Origin: Chiloscyllium plagiosum
Taxonomy: Eukaryota
Direction: 5' to 3'
Length of the DNA: 64,000 bases
Assembly (NCBI RefSeq): GCF_004010195.1
Contig: NC_057737.1
Coordinates: 33,266,715 to 33,330,714 of the forward strand
The position numbers and the translations under genes were made by a program. Of this stretch, positions 37,995 through 51,327 are shown one piece after another. Numbering within the stretch: position 1 is the first letter of the stretch; every line of letters starts with the position of its first letter. Under the pieces are notes generated by a model. That model did not search any database. It was not told where the DNA came from and saw only the letters and a program-made list of their open reading frames with translations.

Positions 37995-38335
37995 ATAGCA
38001 TAAAGATGTACAGCACATTAACAGACCCTTCAGTCCAACTCACCCATGCTGACCAGATATCCTCACCCAATCTAGTCTCATTTGCCAGCACTTGGCCCAT
38101 ATCCCTGTAAACCCTTCAAATTCATATACCCATCCAGATGCCTTTTAAATGTTGCAATTGTAACAACCTCCACCACTTCCTCTGGCAGCTCATTCCATAC
38201 ATGCATCACCCTCTACTTGAAAAAGTTGCCCCTTAGGTCCCTTTTAAATTTTTCCCCTCACCCTAAACCACACCCTCTAGTTCTGGACTCCCCACCTTAG
38301 GAAAGAGGCATTGTTTATTTATCCTATCCATGCCC
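37995..38335 (-). mobile_element. CR1 3'-end fragment
   Basis: Matches 59095-59440. Confidence 0.85.
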
Positions 38336-38782
38336 GTAATATGCCACCTGCATATTAGCTTTTTTTGACTCATGCAGTAGAATCCATAAATCCCTCTGCA
38401 ATTTAGAGTTTCACACTTGTTCTCTCAGTAATTATCTGCATTTTTCTTTTTTCAGTCAAAGTAAACAACTTCACATTTTCCCAGTTATTCTGTATCTGCC
38501 AGATGTTTGCTCACTTATTCTACATCTGTCAACTCCTAAATCTTCTTCATAACATATTTTCTTACCTATCTGTGTCATTCACAAATTCAATTACCGTGCT
38601 TTTAATCTCCTCACTCACATCATTGATGTAAATTGTTAAAAACTGAGACACAGCAAAGGTATCTGCAGGATTTCACTGATCACATTTTGCCACCTATACA
38701 CACTTTATTTTCTGCCAACCAACCAATTTTCCATCCTTGCTAATATGTTAATCCCTGCACTTTACTCAATAGCCTTAGATGT

Positions 38783-39628
38783 CCCATTAGTCTGCATTTG
38801 GCCCCTATCTTGCTAAACCTTTCCTATCAATGTACCTGTCCAAGTGTCTTTTAAATATTGTAATTGAACTCACCTCTACCACTTAGTCTGGCAGCTTGTT
38901 CCATACATGCGTCACCCTATGTGAAAAAGTTGCAGCTCAGGTCTCATTTAAATCTTTCCCCTCTCACCTTAAACCTATGCCCTGTAGTTTTGGAATCCCT
39001 ATCCTGGGGAAAAGACCTCAATTATTCATCTTATCTGTGTCCGTCATGATTTTACAAACCTCTATAATGTCACCCCTAAGCTTCCTATGCACCAGGGAAA
39101 ATATTCCCAACCAATCAATCTTCTGCCTATAATTCAAACCTTCCTCAGTAACATTCTTGCAAATCTTTCTCACACCCTTTCCAGTTTAATACCATCCTCC
39201 CTATAGCAGGGTGACCAGAACTGTACATAGTAGTCCAAACGTGGCCTCACCAATGACTTGCACAGCTGTAACATGATATCCCAACTCCTGTGCTTAATGT
39301 TCCTCTGACTGATGAAGGCAAGCATGCCAAATGCCTTCTTCACCACTCTGTCTACCTGTGACCCAATTTTCAATGAACATTGTATTTGCACCTCTAGGTC
39401 AGTATGCTTGACAATACTCCCCAGGACCCCACCATTAATTGTATAAATCCTGTCCTGGTTTGCCTTATCAACATGCAACACTTTGCATTTATCAGCATTA
39501 AAATCCATCTGCCATTCCTCAGTCCACTGGCCCAGTTGATCAAGATCCTTTTAGATAACCTTCTTCAGTGTCCAGTATACCACCAATTTTGGTATCACCC
39601 ACAAACTTACTAACTAAGCCTCATTGAA
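38783..39628 (-). mobile_element. Intermediate-age CR1 RT/3' fragment
   Basis: MDFNADKCKVLHV...LVRPRLDYYVQFWSP (ORF 39170-39508). Confidence 0.85.
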
Positions 39629-39958
39629 ATCATTCATATCATAGAATCCCAATAGTATGGAAGCAGGCCAAATGGCCCAATGTGTCCACACTGACTCTCC
39701 AGAGAGCATCCCACCCCGACACACCCCTTTTTCCCTGTAACCCTACATTGGCCATATCCAATTCACCTAGTCTGCACATCTTTGGACTGTGGGAGGAAAC
39801 CAGAACACCTGGCGGAAACCAGAACACCTGGAGGAAACCCATACCGACATGGGGAGAACGTGTAAACTCCACATAGACAGTTGCCCGAGGGTAGAATTGA
39901 ACTTGGGTCCCTGGCACTGTGAGGTAGCAGTTCTGATCACTAAGCCACCTAGCCTCCC
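39629..39958 (-). mobile_element. HE1/V-SINE-type SINE with an internal 19-bp tandem duplication
   Basis: Same V-domain as 33677-33987. ggaaaccagaacacctgg is repeated at 39795-39831. Confidence 0.85.
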
Positions 39959-40725
39959 AGCCATCAGATAGAAACTAAACAGGGGAATTCCTGGCATGGA
40001 AGTCAGAGTGGTTGCCTGGTGATTCCAGTTTGCTGCTTGCTTCTCTGAACTTCCATCATTGACACCTGGCATTAACATCTGAAGGCACAATTCAAGAGTG
40101 ACACCTGCATAAACATCACGTCTGCAGATATTAATATCTAACATGTATCAGCCTCACTACATCATGGCACATCTCTGATCCATTTACAGCACACTTCTGC
40201 CCCTCAGTGTGACATTTTGACTGATATCTGCATAATTCTTCAACGGACTCCCTGGACTGGTTGCACTCAACCCACAGGGCTGACCATGCCCAACTGTCCA
40301 GACTATATAGGTTGGGCATGGTCAAAAGTCTGGTTGTTTATCATTTAGGGCTTCGGCGATGTTACTCAAGGGAATGGGCCATGGACAGTCCTCGAGGCAC
40401 AACCACTAAAAGGCAAAGGATGATTACCAAGGCACTGTTGTAGGAAGAAAATTGGGGAAATTAAGTGTGGTGATTGTAAGCAGTATCTTGGGATACAGAG
40501 AGAATTACATTTATCCAGTGGACAACTCAACACAAAATAAGAGGTAAAAGATAGAGCATTGAAGAGAAAGGGATAATGCGAAGGGGGTTGATCATCAACA
40601 GCAAGCAGCACCTTGTCTTCATTGGGGTGGGGGGGGGGGAAGCTAACTACTAAATCTGGCATGTTTATTCGAATATGCATGGGGCTGGGCAGTTAAAGTG
40701 GCTAAATGAAAATTTAGATAATTTT

Positions 40726-43700
40726 GGGTGGGGAGATGGGTTAACTCCAGGAAGGGTATGAGAGGTCGGCACCCAGGGCAGGAGTCTTTTGTGGATATAC
40801 CCATTTCAAACAGGTATGCTGTTTTGGAAAATGTAGGGGGTGATGGATTCTCAGGGGAACGTAGCACGAACAGCCAAGTTTCTGATATTGAGACTGGCTC
40901 TAATGCAACGAGGGGTACGTCGGCTTCCAAGAGATCAATTGTGTAAGGGGATTCTGCAGTCCGAGGTACAGACAGACGTTTCTGTGGCCAGCAGAGAAAA
41001 AGCTGAATGGTGTATTTCCCCGGTGCCAGGATCAAAGATGTCTCAGAGAGGGTGCAGAATGTTCTCACAGGGGAGAGGAGCCAGCAAGAGGTCATTGTCC
41101 ACATTGGAACCAACAATATAGGTGGGAAAAGGTTGCGATTCTGAAGGGAGATTACAGCGAGTTAGGCAGAAATTTAAAAAGGAGGTCCTCAAGGGTAGTA
41201 ATATCTGGATTACTCCCAGTGCTACGAGCGAGTGAGGACAGGAATAGGAGGATAGAGCAGATGACTGCATGGCTGAGGAGCTGGTATATGGGAGAAGGAT
41301 TCACATATTTGAATCATTGGAATCTCTTTTGGGGTAGAGGTGACCTGTACAAGAAGGACGGATTGCACCTAAATTGGAAGGGGACTAATATACTGGCAGG
41401 GAAATTTGCTAGAACTGCTCGGGAGGATTTAAACTAGTAAGGTGGGAGGTGGGACCCAGGGAGATAGTGAGGAAAGAAATCAATCTGAGACTGGTACAGT
41501 TGAGAACAGAAGTGAATCAAACAGTCAGGGCAGGCACAAAGTAGGACCAATAAATTAAACTGAATTTATTTCAATGCAAGGGGCCTAACAGGGAAGGCAG
41601 ATGAACTCAGGGCATGGTTAGGAACATGGGACTGGGCTATCATAGCAATTACAGAAACATGGCTCAGGGATGGGCAGGAGTGGCAGCTTAATGTTCCAGA
41701 TACAAATGCTACAGGAAGGATAGAAAGGGAGGCAAGAGAGGAGGGGAGTGGCATTTTTGATAAGGGATAGCATTACAGCTGTGCTGAGGGAGGATATTCC
41801 TGGAAATGCATCCAGGGAAGTTATTTGGGTGCAACTGAGAAATAAGAAAGGGATGATCACCTTATTGGGATTGTATTATAGACCCCCTAATAGTCAGAGG
41901 GAAATTGAGAAACAAACTTGTAAGGAGATCTCATCTGTAAGAATAATAGGTTAGTTATGGTAGGGGATTTTAACTTTCCAAACATCGACTGGGACTGCCA
42001 TAGTGTTAAAAGTTTAGATGGAGAGGAATTTCTTAAGTGCGTACAAGACAATTTTCTGATTCAGTATGTGGATGTACCTACTAGAGAAGATGCAAAACGT
42101 GATCTACTCTTCGGAAATAAGGCAGGGCAGGTGACTGAGGTGTCAGTGGGGGAGCACATTGGGGCCAGCGACCATAATTCTATTGGTTTTAAAATCGTGA
42201 TGGAAAAGGATAGACCAGATCTAAAAGTTGAAGTTCTACATTGGAGAAAGGCCAATTTTGACGGTATGAGGCAAGAACTTTCGAAGGCTGATTGGAGGCA
42301 GATGTTCGCAGATGAAGGGACGGCTGGAAAATGGGAAGCCTTCAGAAATGAGATAACAAGAACCCAGAGAAAGTACATTCCTGTCAGGGTGAAAGGGAAG
42401 GGTGGTAGTTATAGGGAATGCTGGATGACTAAAGAAATTGAGGGTTTGGTTAAGAAAAAGAAGGAAGCATATGTCAGGTAGAGACAGGATAGATCGAGTG
42501 AATCCTTAGAAGAGTATAAAGGAAGTAGGAGTATACTTAAGAGGGAAATCAGGAGGGCAAAAAGAGGACATGAGGTAGCGTTGGCAAATAGAATTAAGGA
42601 AATCCAAAGGGTTTTTACAAATATATTAAGGACAAAAGGGTAAGTAGGCAGAGAATAGGGCCCCATAAAGATCAGCAAGGCGGCCTTTGTGTGGAGCCAC
42701 AGAAAATGGGGGAGATACTAAATGAATATTTTGCATCAGGATTTACTGTAGAAAAGGATATGGAAGATATAGACTGTAGGGAAATAGATGGTGACATCCT
42801 GCAAAATGTCCAGATTACAGAGGAGGAAGTGCTGGATGTCTTGAAATGGTTAAAGGTGGATAAATCCCCAGGACCTGATCAGGTGTACCTGAGAATTCTG
42901 TGGGAAGCTAGAGAAGTGATTCCTGGGCCTCTTGCTGAGATATTTGTATCAACGATAGTCACAGGTGAGGTGCCGGAGGACTGGAGGTTGGCAAACATGG
43001 TGCCACTGTTTAAGAAGGACGGTAAAGACAAGCCAGGGAACTATAGACCGGTGAGCCTGACCTCAATGGTGGGCAGGTTGTTGGAGGGAATCCTGAGGGA
43101 CAGGATGTACATGTATTTGGAAAGACAAGGACTGATTAGGGATAGTCAACATGGCTTTGTGCGTGGGAAATCATGTCTCAAAAACTTGATTGAGTTTTTT
43201 GAAGAAGTAACAAAGAAGGTTGATGAGGGGAGAGCAGTATGGACTTCAGTAAGGCATTCGACAAGGTTCCCTATGGGAGACTGATTAGCAAGGTTAGATC
43301 TCATGGAATAAAGGGAGAACTAGCCATTTGGATACAGAACTGGCTCAAAGGTAGAAGACAGAGGGTGGTGGTGGAGGGTTGTTTTTCAGACTGGAGGCCT
43401 GTGACCAGTGGAGTGCCACAAGGATAGGTGCTGGGTCCTATACTTTTTGTCATTTACATAAATGATTTGGATACGAGCATAAGAGGTACAGTTAATAAGT
43501 TTGCAGATGACACCAAAATTGGAGGTGTTGTGGACAGCAAAGAGGGTTACCTCAGATTACAACAGGATCTGGACCAGATGGGCCAATGGGCTGAGAAGTG
43601 GCAGATGGAGTTTAATTCAGGTAAATGCGAGGTGCTGCATTTTGGGAAAGCAAATATTAGCAGGACTTATACACTTAATGGTAAGATCCTAGGGAGTGTT

Positions 43701-44418
43701 GCTGAACAAAAAGACCTTGGAGTGCAGGTTTATAGCTCCTTGAAGGTGGAGTCGCAGGTAGATAGGATAGTGAAGAAGGTGTTTGGTATGCTTTCCTTTA
43801 TTGGTCAGAGTATTGCGTACAGGAGTTGGGAGGTCATGTTGCGGCTATACAGGACATTGGTTAGGCCACTGTTGGAATATTGCGTGCAATCGTGTTCTCC
43901 TTCCTATCTGAAAGATGTTATGAAATTTGAAAGGGTTCAGAAAAGATTTACAAGGATGTTGCCAGGGTTGGAGGATTTGAGCTATAGGGAGAGGCTGAAC
44001 AGGCTGGGGCTGTTTTTCCTGGAGCATCGGAGGTTGAGGGGTGTCCTTCTAGAGGTTTACAAAATTATGAGGGGCATGGATAGGATAAATTGGCAAAGTC
44101 TTTTCCCTGGGATCGGGCAGTCCAGAACTAGAGGTTTAGGGTGAGAGGGGAAAGATATAACAGAGACCTAAGGGGCAACTTTTTCATGCAGAGGGTGGTA
44201 TGTGTATGGAATGAGCTGCCAGAGGATGTGGTAGAGGCTGGTACAATTGCAACATTTAAGAGGCATTTGGATGGGTATATGAATAGGAATGGTTTGGAGG
44301 GATATGGGCTGGGTGCTGGCAGGTCGGACTAGATTGGGTTGGGATATCTGGTCGGCATGGACAGGTTGGACCGAAGGGTCTGTTTCCATGCTGTACATCT
44401 CTATGACTCTATCTATGA
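40726..44418 (+). mobile_element. Near-full-length young CR1 LINE: ORF1 (SGNH esterase-like), ORF2 (APE endonuclease and RT) and 3' UTR; inactivated by a few stops and frameshifts
   Basis: ORF1 motifs GDSAVRG, FPGARIKDV, VHIGTN and DGLHLNWKG. APE motifs AITETW, LYYRPP, GDFNFP and SDHN. RT motifs PGNYRPVSLTS, GVPQG and KFADDTK. Tail CTCTATGACTCTATCTATGA. Confidence 0.96.
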
Positions 44419-44849
44419 CTTGAAGTTCAAAACCAATGGGGTTGATAGGGAGGGCTACAAAGAAAGGAATATTCACATTTTGGGATCTGTTAATGTTAAG
44501 AGGCTGATCCTGAAACTCACTGCTTGAGGAGTTATTGCTGTTTCCTACTGTTGTGCAGAAAATAACAGTGGAGGTGGAAATGATTGTGACCACACCTGGA
44601 ATATATGGGATAAACGTTTTGATCCATAAGGGACTAGCTTCAATTTCAAGCAATCTAGCATCCATCAACCGTCGGCATCATTACACACACACACCTATAT
44701 TAAAGCTGAGACTTCTGGATATTGTATGCTATTCAATTCTTAGGCATGACTGGCCCCAAGCACCCACATTCCATATCACCATTTCCTGCCAAAAGGAAAC
44801 TGGGCAATATAGTAACATTCAATACAAAGGCCAAACTCCTGGAAAATGC

Positions 44850-46610
44850 TGAACAACAGCAACTTTATTTAGTACTTTTGAAGTAATAACAAATCCCAAG
44901 AAGAATCACAGGAGATTTATAAAGCAAAAATTGATACCAGGCTACCAAAGGAGATACTAAGAATTGACAAAACTTGGTCAAAGAGCATATATGAGGAAGT
45001 ATCTTAGAGATGGCTAGAGCAATCTCAAGTGAGAATTCAAAACACAGGACTTTTTAGCAACAGATAACACAACTGCCAACGTACAATGAATAAACTTAGG
45101 AATTCCCAAATATCTGGAATTAGAAGAAAGCAGATTAAAACTGTGATATTATTTAACCAGGAGGTATTCTAAGTCTGCTAGCACATGGATGATGAATGAA
45201 TGGGATTTGACGCAATTAAAGATGTGGGCAGCACAGTTTTGCATGACTTCAGGTTTATGGAAATTAGAATGGTGGATGCCAGGTAGAAGTACTTTAGAAT
45301 AACGAAGACTCAATTTAATAAAGGTACAATGAGTGTTTACAACAATAGGTTAAAGTAAGGCTGGATCTGAGATGATGTTATTGAGGTAGAATGTTGTGGG
45401 TTATGCTGGGGTATGTCAAGAATCTCAGAATTATAAAGTATCTTGCTTGAGCACACATTCAGCTACATTTAAACAGTTGAAGAAAATAAAGAAGTCAGTG
45501 TAAGAGTGCAACAGAGAATTGAAAGCTGTACATATTGAGGAAATATGAGCGTTTGAGGAAGATGCCATAATCTGTATTTCGGTGTGGTGCAACTGCAATA
45601 CATTAAGTTCAGACAAGTATTTGACATCTTGTGCAGTGATGTATGAGGAGGTAAATGGATAGGGAATATACTTCGCATGCTTGGACTGGAAAATATTGGG
45701 AGAAAGAGCAAAAGTAGAGGTGATGGGGGACAATCCAGTGACTGTAGCCATACCTGCCACAGTGTACATTGAGAAGAATTATCTCAATTTCTACCATATC
45801 TCTGCAGCAGTTCCTCTGGACAGTATCACAGGCTATCTATTATTAGTTGCTTCACAATAATCTTCCCTATATCAGAAAGTAAGAAGTGAGTCTGTACACT
45901 AATATTTGCAGCGTTCAGCTTTAGACTGTGGTCTATCCTCCAGGTCTGGTGAAACCAGTCTGGGATTATAGGTGGGGAGACATCAGTCCAGGAGATGGAC
46001 TGCGGTCAGTCATGGCTGTCTTGCTAAAATGTCCTGTGTTTTGAATTCTCTCTTGTGATTGTCTAGCCATCTCTAAGATACTTCCTCATGTATGGCTCTT
46101 TGACCAAGTTTTGTCAATTCTTAGTATCTCCTTTGTTAGCCTGGTATCAATTTTTGCTTTATAAATCTCCTGTGATGCTTCTTGGGATTTGTTATTACTT
46201 TAAAAGGGGTGGGTTATGATCAGTCTTGGAGATTTGTTCACTAATTGTCAAGAAGCAGGCCATAGGCAGTGAGCAACTTTAAATCTGAGGATTGGCTTCA
46301 TTGTGCTGGGTCACTGAGGGAATGGTGATAGTGGACAATTGGGGATTGTAAGGTAGGAGCTCACAGTGAATGAGAGGGGATGGAAAGTTATGGAAGTGAA
46401 GTTCACACAGGTCATGGTGACTGTGAACTGTACTTAGGTAGCGTGTAGAGGCTACAAGGACCTGGGTCCTTGTAGTTATAGGTGCTCGGGATAATGTTGG
46501 GACATTGATTCAGACATGAATGAATAATAGTAACTGAAACAGAGGTAAAATTGAAAGGTCATAGGGGCCACAGGGACAGCCACTTGAAAGGGAACATAAA
46601 AGTTCGGGGG
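44850..46610 (-). mobile_element. Old L2-like LINE remnants (44850-45400 and 46206-46610) with intervening rearranged sequence
   Basis: L2-type 3'-end text at 44855-44915. The intervening 45500-45920 is a + strand RT fragment (ISAAVPLDS...). Confidence 0.45.
44876..46206. repeat. ~190-bp inverted repeat (44876-45060 vs 46021-46206)
   Basis: Direct reverse-complement match with few mismatches, e.g. ACAGGAGATTTATAAAGCAAAAATTGATACCAGGCTA / TAGCCTGGTATCAATTTTTGCTTTATAAATCTCCTGT. Confidence 0.92.
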
Positions 46611-46688
46611 GAGTTTTGTTCATGACAGGCAGTGTCTGCAAAGTCATTCATACAAGCAAAGTTGGAATCTTGATCTGTTGAAACAAAA

Positions 46689-46814
46689 CTGAAAACTGTG
46701 TTGCTGGAAAAGCGCAGCAGGTCAGGCAGCATCCAAGGAACAGGAGGATCGACGTTTCGGGCATAAGCCCTTCTTCAGGAATGATCTTCAGCATCTGCAG
46801 TCCTCACTTTCTCC
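46689..46814 (-). mobile_element. PLE family-C 3'-end insertion with inverted terminal piece
   Basis: TSD CTGTTGAAACAAAA / CTGTTGAATCAAAA (46675-46688 / 46815-46828). 46788-46814 is the element terminus in the opposite orientation. Confidence 0.85.
46747..46782 (-). ncRNA. Best-preserved minimal hammerhead ribozyme motif (PLE family C)
   Basis: Minus strand: uuc-CUGAAGA-a-GGGC-uuau-GCCC-GAAA-C-GUC-gau. Intact core, 4-bp helix II, GUC triplet and palindromic ACGU. Confidence 0.78.
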
Positions 46815-47549
46815 CTGTTGAATCAAAAGTGAACTTTGCATAACTAGACAAACTGGCTGATATAACATGAAAACTGGATTGAGTACGTTTCTACTTTTTT
46901 TTCCTCTGGGAGCAGTGTAAAACTTTTGGAATTTATGTCTCTGCTAGGAGCAGTTGCAGTAATCAGGCCTCCACTGATCCAGCAATGTCATTCATTTTGC
47001 TCAATTTGCATTTCATCCATACTTCGTTGAAAAATACATGAAAAATTATGGCCTCAGGCATTTGTAAACATTACATTGTGTGCACTAATTTCCTCCTTGT
47101 CATGTCAAATATGCCAACGTAATCAGACAAAGGCATTGAAAAGTAGCACCTGGTCTTTTTATTTCACAAACACATTCCATAGGTAGCATTGGAAGCCAAC
47201 ACTTTTTAGCTACCCCATTCACACACTGGCCTATAAGTCTGTTATAACATGGCATGTAATATAGAAGTGAGCTTTTTCTTTGGGGTTGGTAGAAGGGTAG
47301 CATTATTACTGACAGAATTCTACTGCCCCAACGTAGCATAAAAGCTGATTGTGCTACGTACATTTGAATAAGATGATGACATATCTCAAAGCTCCTTCTT
47401 GAGGAATGACAGTGACATCCTTAGGAACTCTCCATGCCACACCCTGTGAGGGCATAACATATGATTTTATTTTGATGGATGTGAGAACTCTTAAATTCCT
47501 TAAATAAAATTGTTATCTTTTTGACACTCCCCATGGATTATCTGCTTAC

Positions 47550-48760
47550 ACATCTCGCATGCAGATCACTGTGGCTGGAGTGCTGCTAGCTTTAATGCAA
47601 CTACAAATACATGAAGATAGCAATTACTACTACTCAACAAGACCAAGAAGAACAGCAACCTCCAGCAACTGCCACATAGCCTCCAGAGGGAAAAGCAGCT
47701 GGCAAAAATCTACCAAGGAGGCTGAGGAGATTGATGAGACTCAACATCTGCACACCTCGTTATCATTTTCGTCAACTTTCTGAAAAGAGCTCAGGTATTG
47801 ATTAAGGAAAGGACAGGCCATCATCACCAAAATGTGTAATCTGCAAGATCAGATGGATACAGAGGACGAGGTGGCAATTCTATCCCAGTGGCTATTAAGG
47901 TTACAGGTTTCTCCAGCTCCACAGGAACAGTTGTGTTCTTCTCAGGCTAAATTGAATATTTGCTCCTCATAAGGAGCAAGCAGCCTGAGGTCTACCATTC
48001 AGCCAGTTGTGGGCCAATATTTTCGCAAACAAATCAAAGGTAGGGACAAGTATGAAGAAAGAGGATGAAAGAGCAGTTAGTGGTAATGTGGGAGCAGAGG
48101 TGGTGTGTCCCAGTGAATAGAGAGAACAGAGGGTAGGAAGGGAGGATGAGGTGAGTTAAAAATTAAGGGGTCATAATGCATGCTGTTGTGAGAGTCGTCA
48201 TCCATGAGCCTCAGTGAAATACGTGCAGTGTTATGAGTCAGAGTGGTTGCACATGTTGTCATGAGCCACAGTATCAATGGGCCTTGTCAGGCCTCAGACC
48301 CTCAAATGCACCAGGTAGACAAGAGTGCCCCACATTTTATAAGTCATGGCAGCTACCAGTGTAGCAGACATGCAGCTCCAGGAATTGGTTATAGTGATCA
48401 CAGATCACCTAAAAATAAATTGAATAGACCCTCTCCTATTAATGAGCTTTACAGCAATGTGATATGGTCCTCTCAGTGCCAAGTGTGCAAACAATAGCAC
48501 CCCATACCTAGAAAAAAAAATCTAGGTTTCCAAATCATGCTGCTTGGGTTGAGGCACTAACTTTACACTGGGGGAGGGCAAAAACAAACCTTGTTACACA
48601 GGTGACTGTACTGATGGCATTGTGGCCATGCACGGATGAGGCCTCCTGTCACTCCCTGGAAGGAACCAGCCACATAGATGTTCAGTGCTGAGTGACCTCC
48701 ACAGCCATCGGGGGAGGGTTGTCTCCCACTCCATGGGAGTCACCTTACTCCAGGGCTTAC
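47550..48760. mobile_element. Harbinger transposase remnants in both orientations
   Basis: Plus strand ~47868-47905: GGNSIPVAIKVT. Minus strand ~48600-48712: AVEVT/ALNIYVAGSFQGVTG, resembling the Harbinger AVKVTAALNFYAxGSFQ motif. Confidence 0.55.
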
Positions 48761-48934
48761 ATTCATCATACTAAGGAAATGAGGGGGAACAGAAAATTCT
48801 GGGCTCCGACACATCCCACATATCCTAAGAAGGCCTGCAATAGCAATTTTTCCCTAAGATGAATGCTCCTTGTCTTCAGTGGCAATGCAATGAGACAAAG
48901 GTCCCCTGGTACACCTGTTGCTGAAAGTAATCGT

Positions 48935-49655
48935 GCAGGTGCAAAAACCAAATGGTACGTTGGCCTTCATAGCAAAAGAATGAGTATAGGAACAGGAATG
49001 TCTTGCTGCAGGGCCTTGGTGAAACCAGCCTGAGGAAGGGTCACTTGTCCCAAGACATTAGCTCTGATCTCTGTCCAGAGATGCTGCCAGATCTGCTGAG
49101 CTTTTTCCAGCAATTTCTGTTTTTGTTTCTGGAGTGTTGTGCGATTTTGAATTCTTTATCTGAGAAGGATGTTCTGGCTATGGGAGGGAGTACAACAAAG
49201 ATATACCAGTCTGATAACTGAAATAGCAGGATGGATACATGAAGAGAGACTGGATAGGTTAGGACTACATTCACTGCAGTTTAGAAGAATGAGGGAGGAT
49301 TTAATAGAAACCTATAAAATTCAAACAGGATTAGACAGGGAAAACTTGGGAAGGATGTTCCCGATGACTGGAGGAGTCCAAAGCCACAAATCACAGTTTA
49401 AGAAAACAGATAGACCATTTAGAACTAAGAGGAGGAGAAATTACTTGACCTAGAGAGAGTCACAGAAAGCTGGTTAGGCCAAACGTTGAATGTTTTCAAG
49501 AAGGAGTTAGTTATATAGTTCTTAGGACTAAAGAAATCAAAAGAATTGGGGAGAAAGCAGAACAGGATAAGGAGTTGATGAGCCACGATCATAATGAACA
49601 GTGGAGCTGGCTCAAAGGGTTGAATATCCAACTTCAGTTCCTATTTTCTATGAAA
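48935..49655 (+). mobile_element. Old CR1 3' portion, interrupted by a PLE-D fragment at ~49029-49128
   Basis: GVQQRYTSLI...ERLDRLGLHSLQFRRMREDLIETYKI. The insert carries a degenerate CTGAGGA-a-GGGTC hammerhead remnant. Confidence 0.8.
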
Positions 49656-51327
49656 AGGTCTAAATTGGACACAAAAGGAGCAAAAGCATTTCTTAAATCT
49701 CTAAACAGCAATCGGTAGCATTCCCTGCAAATGAGGGCTGAACACGCTTCACCACACAGTGAGACATACTGCACATGACTGACTAAAGACATGTCTGCAT
49801 TGGAAATCCACATTCCATCTCAGCATGAGCAGTAGTAACTTGCTAAAGGTGCCAAACCAGCTAAGTGAGCATCTCCCGTCAGCAAAAAAGGAGCACAACT
49901 CCATCCCTCCAATCTCATACTTGCATCAAACACTGAACTTCAAACTGCATTCAGCACAGATAATTGGTACACTTATATGACAAATGAGGATTCAAACTCG
50001 CTTGGCTCACATAATAAATGAGGACTTAAACTTGCGTGGCTCACATAAGACTGTTGGAGTTGAAACAAATAGTGGTTTCCATTTGCCCAGCGCTGGTGTT
50101 TTGTACCTTGATGCTAATTTCAACATTATTGAAATGCCTGGATCAATTTGCAAGTATGTAGTAACTCACCTTTGACGAGCATCTGCCTCATCTAATCATC
50201 CTCAATCTGAATGCACATGAAATGGGTGATGTAATGATTGCAAATCCAATATAACTGTACTTTGCAAATAGATACTTCAAGTTTTTATTGGTACAAATTA
50301 TTGTTGTTCAGCTAACATGAATTCCATACTTACAATCATCAAACTGACATACTGTCCATCCTGAGCACTGTTCTAGCTATTTTCTAGGAACACCTCACAT
50401 CTAGAGAAGGGAACACTATGGCTGGCAATGCAGATTGCACTGGATACCATTAGCACCAGGCCTCAGCTGGTCCCAAGTGACAGCCTATATGTCTCCTATT
50501 ACCTCACCTTCTGCCAAAAGACCATTTAAACCCACTCCCCAGTGTGGAGACCACCATATTGAACTTTGTTTCCAACTTTGTCTCTCCTTGCTTCCCGAAG
50601 CACAGCATTACTGACGCCCATCCTGTTCTTTTATGCTCCCCCTATGGTGGTCACAATGGTGGTTACAATCAAACCCTCGCCCATTGCCTACCATGCCCTC
50701 TGATGCTGTTTCAAACTCCCCCAGTCAACTTGAGTCTCCCCCATTACATTTTTTTGTTCATTATTATAAATGCATCTGCTTGCTTTCACCTCCTTGCCAC
50801 AGCCACCCCTCTGTCATGGATCCCCTTGATGTTCCTATAGGCCACCTCTAGAGCTGTACTGGAAGATCAATGAACAGATATCCAGGATGTATTCATACCA
50901 GATCCCTGACTAACTTTTATGAACAGCCCATAGACATGAATGAGCAAACCCTGACTACTGCATTTGCAGTTCCTTGAGAGTATCCTGATTTGTGCTGGCC
51001 CTATAGGACTGACCACTGAAAACTTCCCCAGACTGTATTGGGACAGATACCCGACTATGAAAGTATAAGCAGACAACTGACTATGTTGGAGTCCCTTGCC
51101 TTCATGCAGACTGCACCTGTGACAGTTGATACTGGGACCCCCTGACTAACAGAAGCCCCCACTTTGACTTAATGAAGAACTATCCTCCACCAATTTCCAA
51201 ATTAGCCATTGCTTCAATTAACATGAAGTGTGTTTGTCATGTAGGCAGCTAGCACATGCTGCATTGCACTTTGTATGTTATTCACCATTATGTTTCCACA
51301 TCCCCCAGGATCTTTCAGTACTAATGA

